From Ginkgo biloba (Eukaryota > Plantae > Ginkgophyta): a DNA stretch of 20,208 nucleotides. Under the pieces are notes generated by a model. That model did not search any database, was not told the origin of the DNA, and worked only from the letters and a program-made list of their open reading frames with translations. Position 1 is the first letter of the stretch; every line of letters starts with the position of its first letter. The position numbers and the translations under genes are program-made. Of this stretch, positions 19,531-20,208 are shown piece after piece. The stretch spans positions 172,179,875 through 172,200,082 of the forward strand of contig JANKJI020000004.1 of NCBI GenBank assembly GCA_024626585.2, given 5' to 3'.

Positions 19531-20208
19531 CACCAAGATCAATCAATCATTAGAGCAGTAAAGAAAGTTCCAAGGCAATTGTCATTGTTTATAATAGGTT
19601 TGAAACAGAACATGCACCAAACACACACTATCTTTCAGGGTCTAATATACCATGGAATTGTATGCATGATGCTAGCACACATAACCAGCCAAAATCAATG
19701 CCTTGCTAGACAATGCCCTAATATCTTTCAAACAAAATTCCTTCCCGTACAATCAACCCAGCATACGCAGGGTTCAGTTAGTACCCTGTGGTAAAGACAT
19801 ACAAGAGCATCAAGGTTGCTCTAGAAACTTTTGATGCATGCCTCACCCTTATCAGTAAGATGTCACTACTTAGACTTGACGCCAAACTGTTAAGCTGATG
19901 CTATGCAAGATTTCCCTCAGCAATCTTTCTAGCATGTCCTGTTGAATGAAATTTTAGCAGATTCATCCTTGGCTATATCCATGCCAAGACTCTGCACATT
20001 TCCCCTCAATTGTCTTCCAAGTAGATAAGACAATGAGCCCATATATTATAGCAGATGTAAACTATACAAATCTTGGTGCCAAACCTTGGGACTGAGAGCA
20101 TATAAATTTTCGTTACTGACAATAGGCTTTCAACAGAATATACAAATTTGATCCTTTTAATTATGTAAAATCTTTCAGCATTACCATATTGATTATCTAT
20201 GGTAATAT

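Noticed and set aside
1-20208. tRNA, rRNA, organellar insertions or prokaryotic defence systems
   Set aside because: No conserved rRNA or tRNA motifs, operon-like intact ORFs or organellar genes were seen by eye. tRNAscan-SE and Infernal were not run.

Overview
This is AT-rich, strongly CpG-depleted eukaryotic DNA, most consistent with intergenic heterochromatin of a large, heavily methylated land-plant genome (gymnosperm-like; the taxon is inference). It is a fragmented scaffold with seven exactly 100-N gaps plus many shorter sized gaps. No intact protein-coding gene, RNA gene or CRISPR array is supported. The window is mostly nested, decayed transposons, in this order: a probable solo LTR (211-559); a purine-rich ~1.1 kb tandem unit interrupted by another LTR (820-3244); a PBS-like site followed by a decayed Pro/Ser/Thr-rich frame (3606-4600); a Ty1/Copia RNase H, PPT and 3' LTR (5968-6617); a CACTA terminus (6620-6961); two copies of a Ty3/Gypsy gag with zinc knuckles (7090-8700); a + strand L1 RT fragment (9179-10630); a long - strand L1 with APE, RT and RNase H (16169-10651); and a Ty3/Gypsy gag-protease-RT fragment (16270-18285). 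The last ~1.9 kb has no recognisable TE motifs but shows exon/intron-like signals. The best leads are a possible extra coding domain after the L1 RNase H, a CpG-retaining gag copy placed exactly behind a GT-AG intron, and the hidden ORF and palindromic-motif repeat in the first 4.6 kb. I see no well-supported novel system. All translations and alignments were done by eye, so boundaries are approximate.
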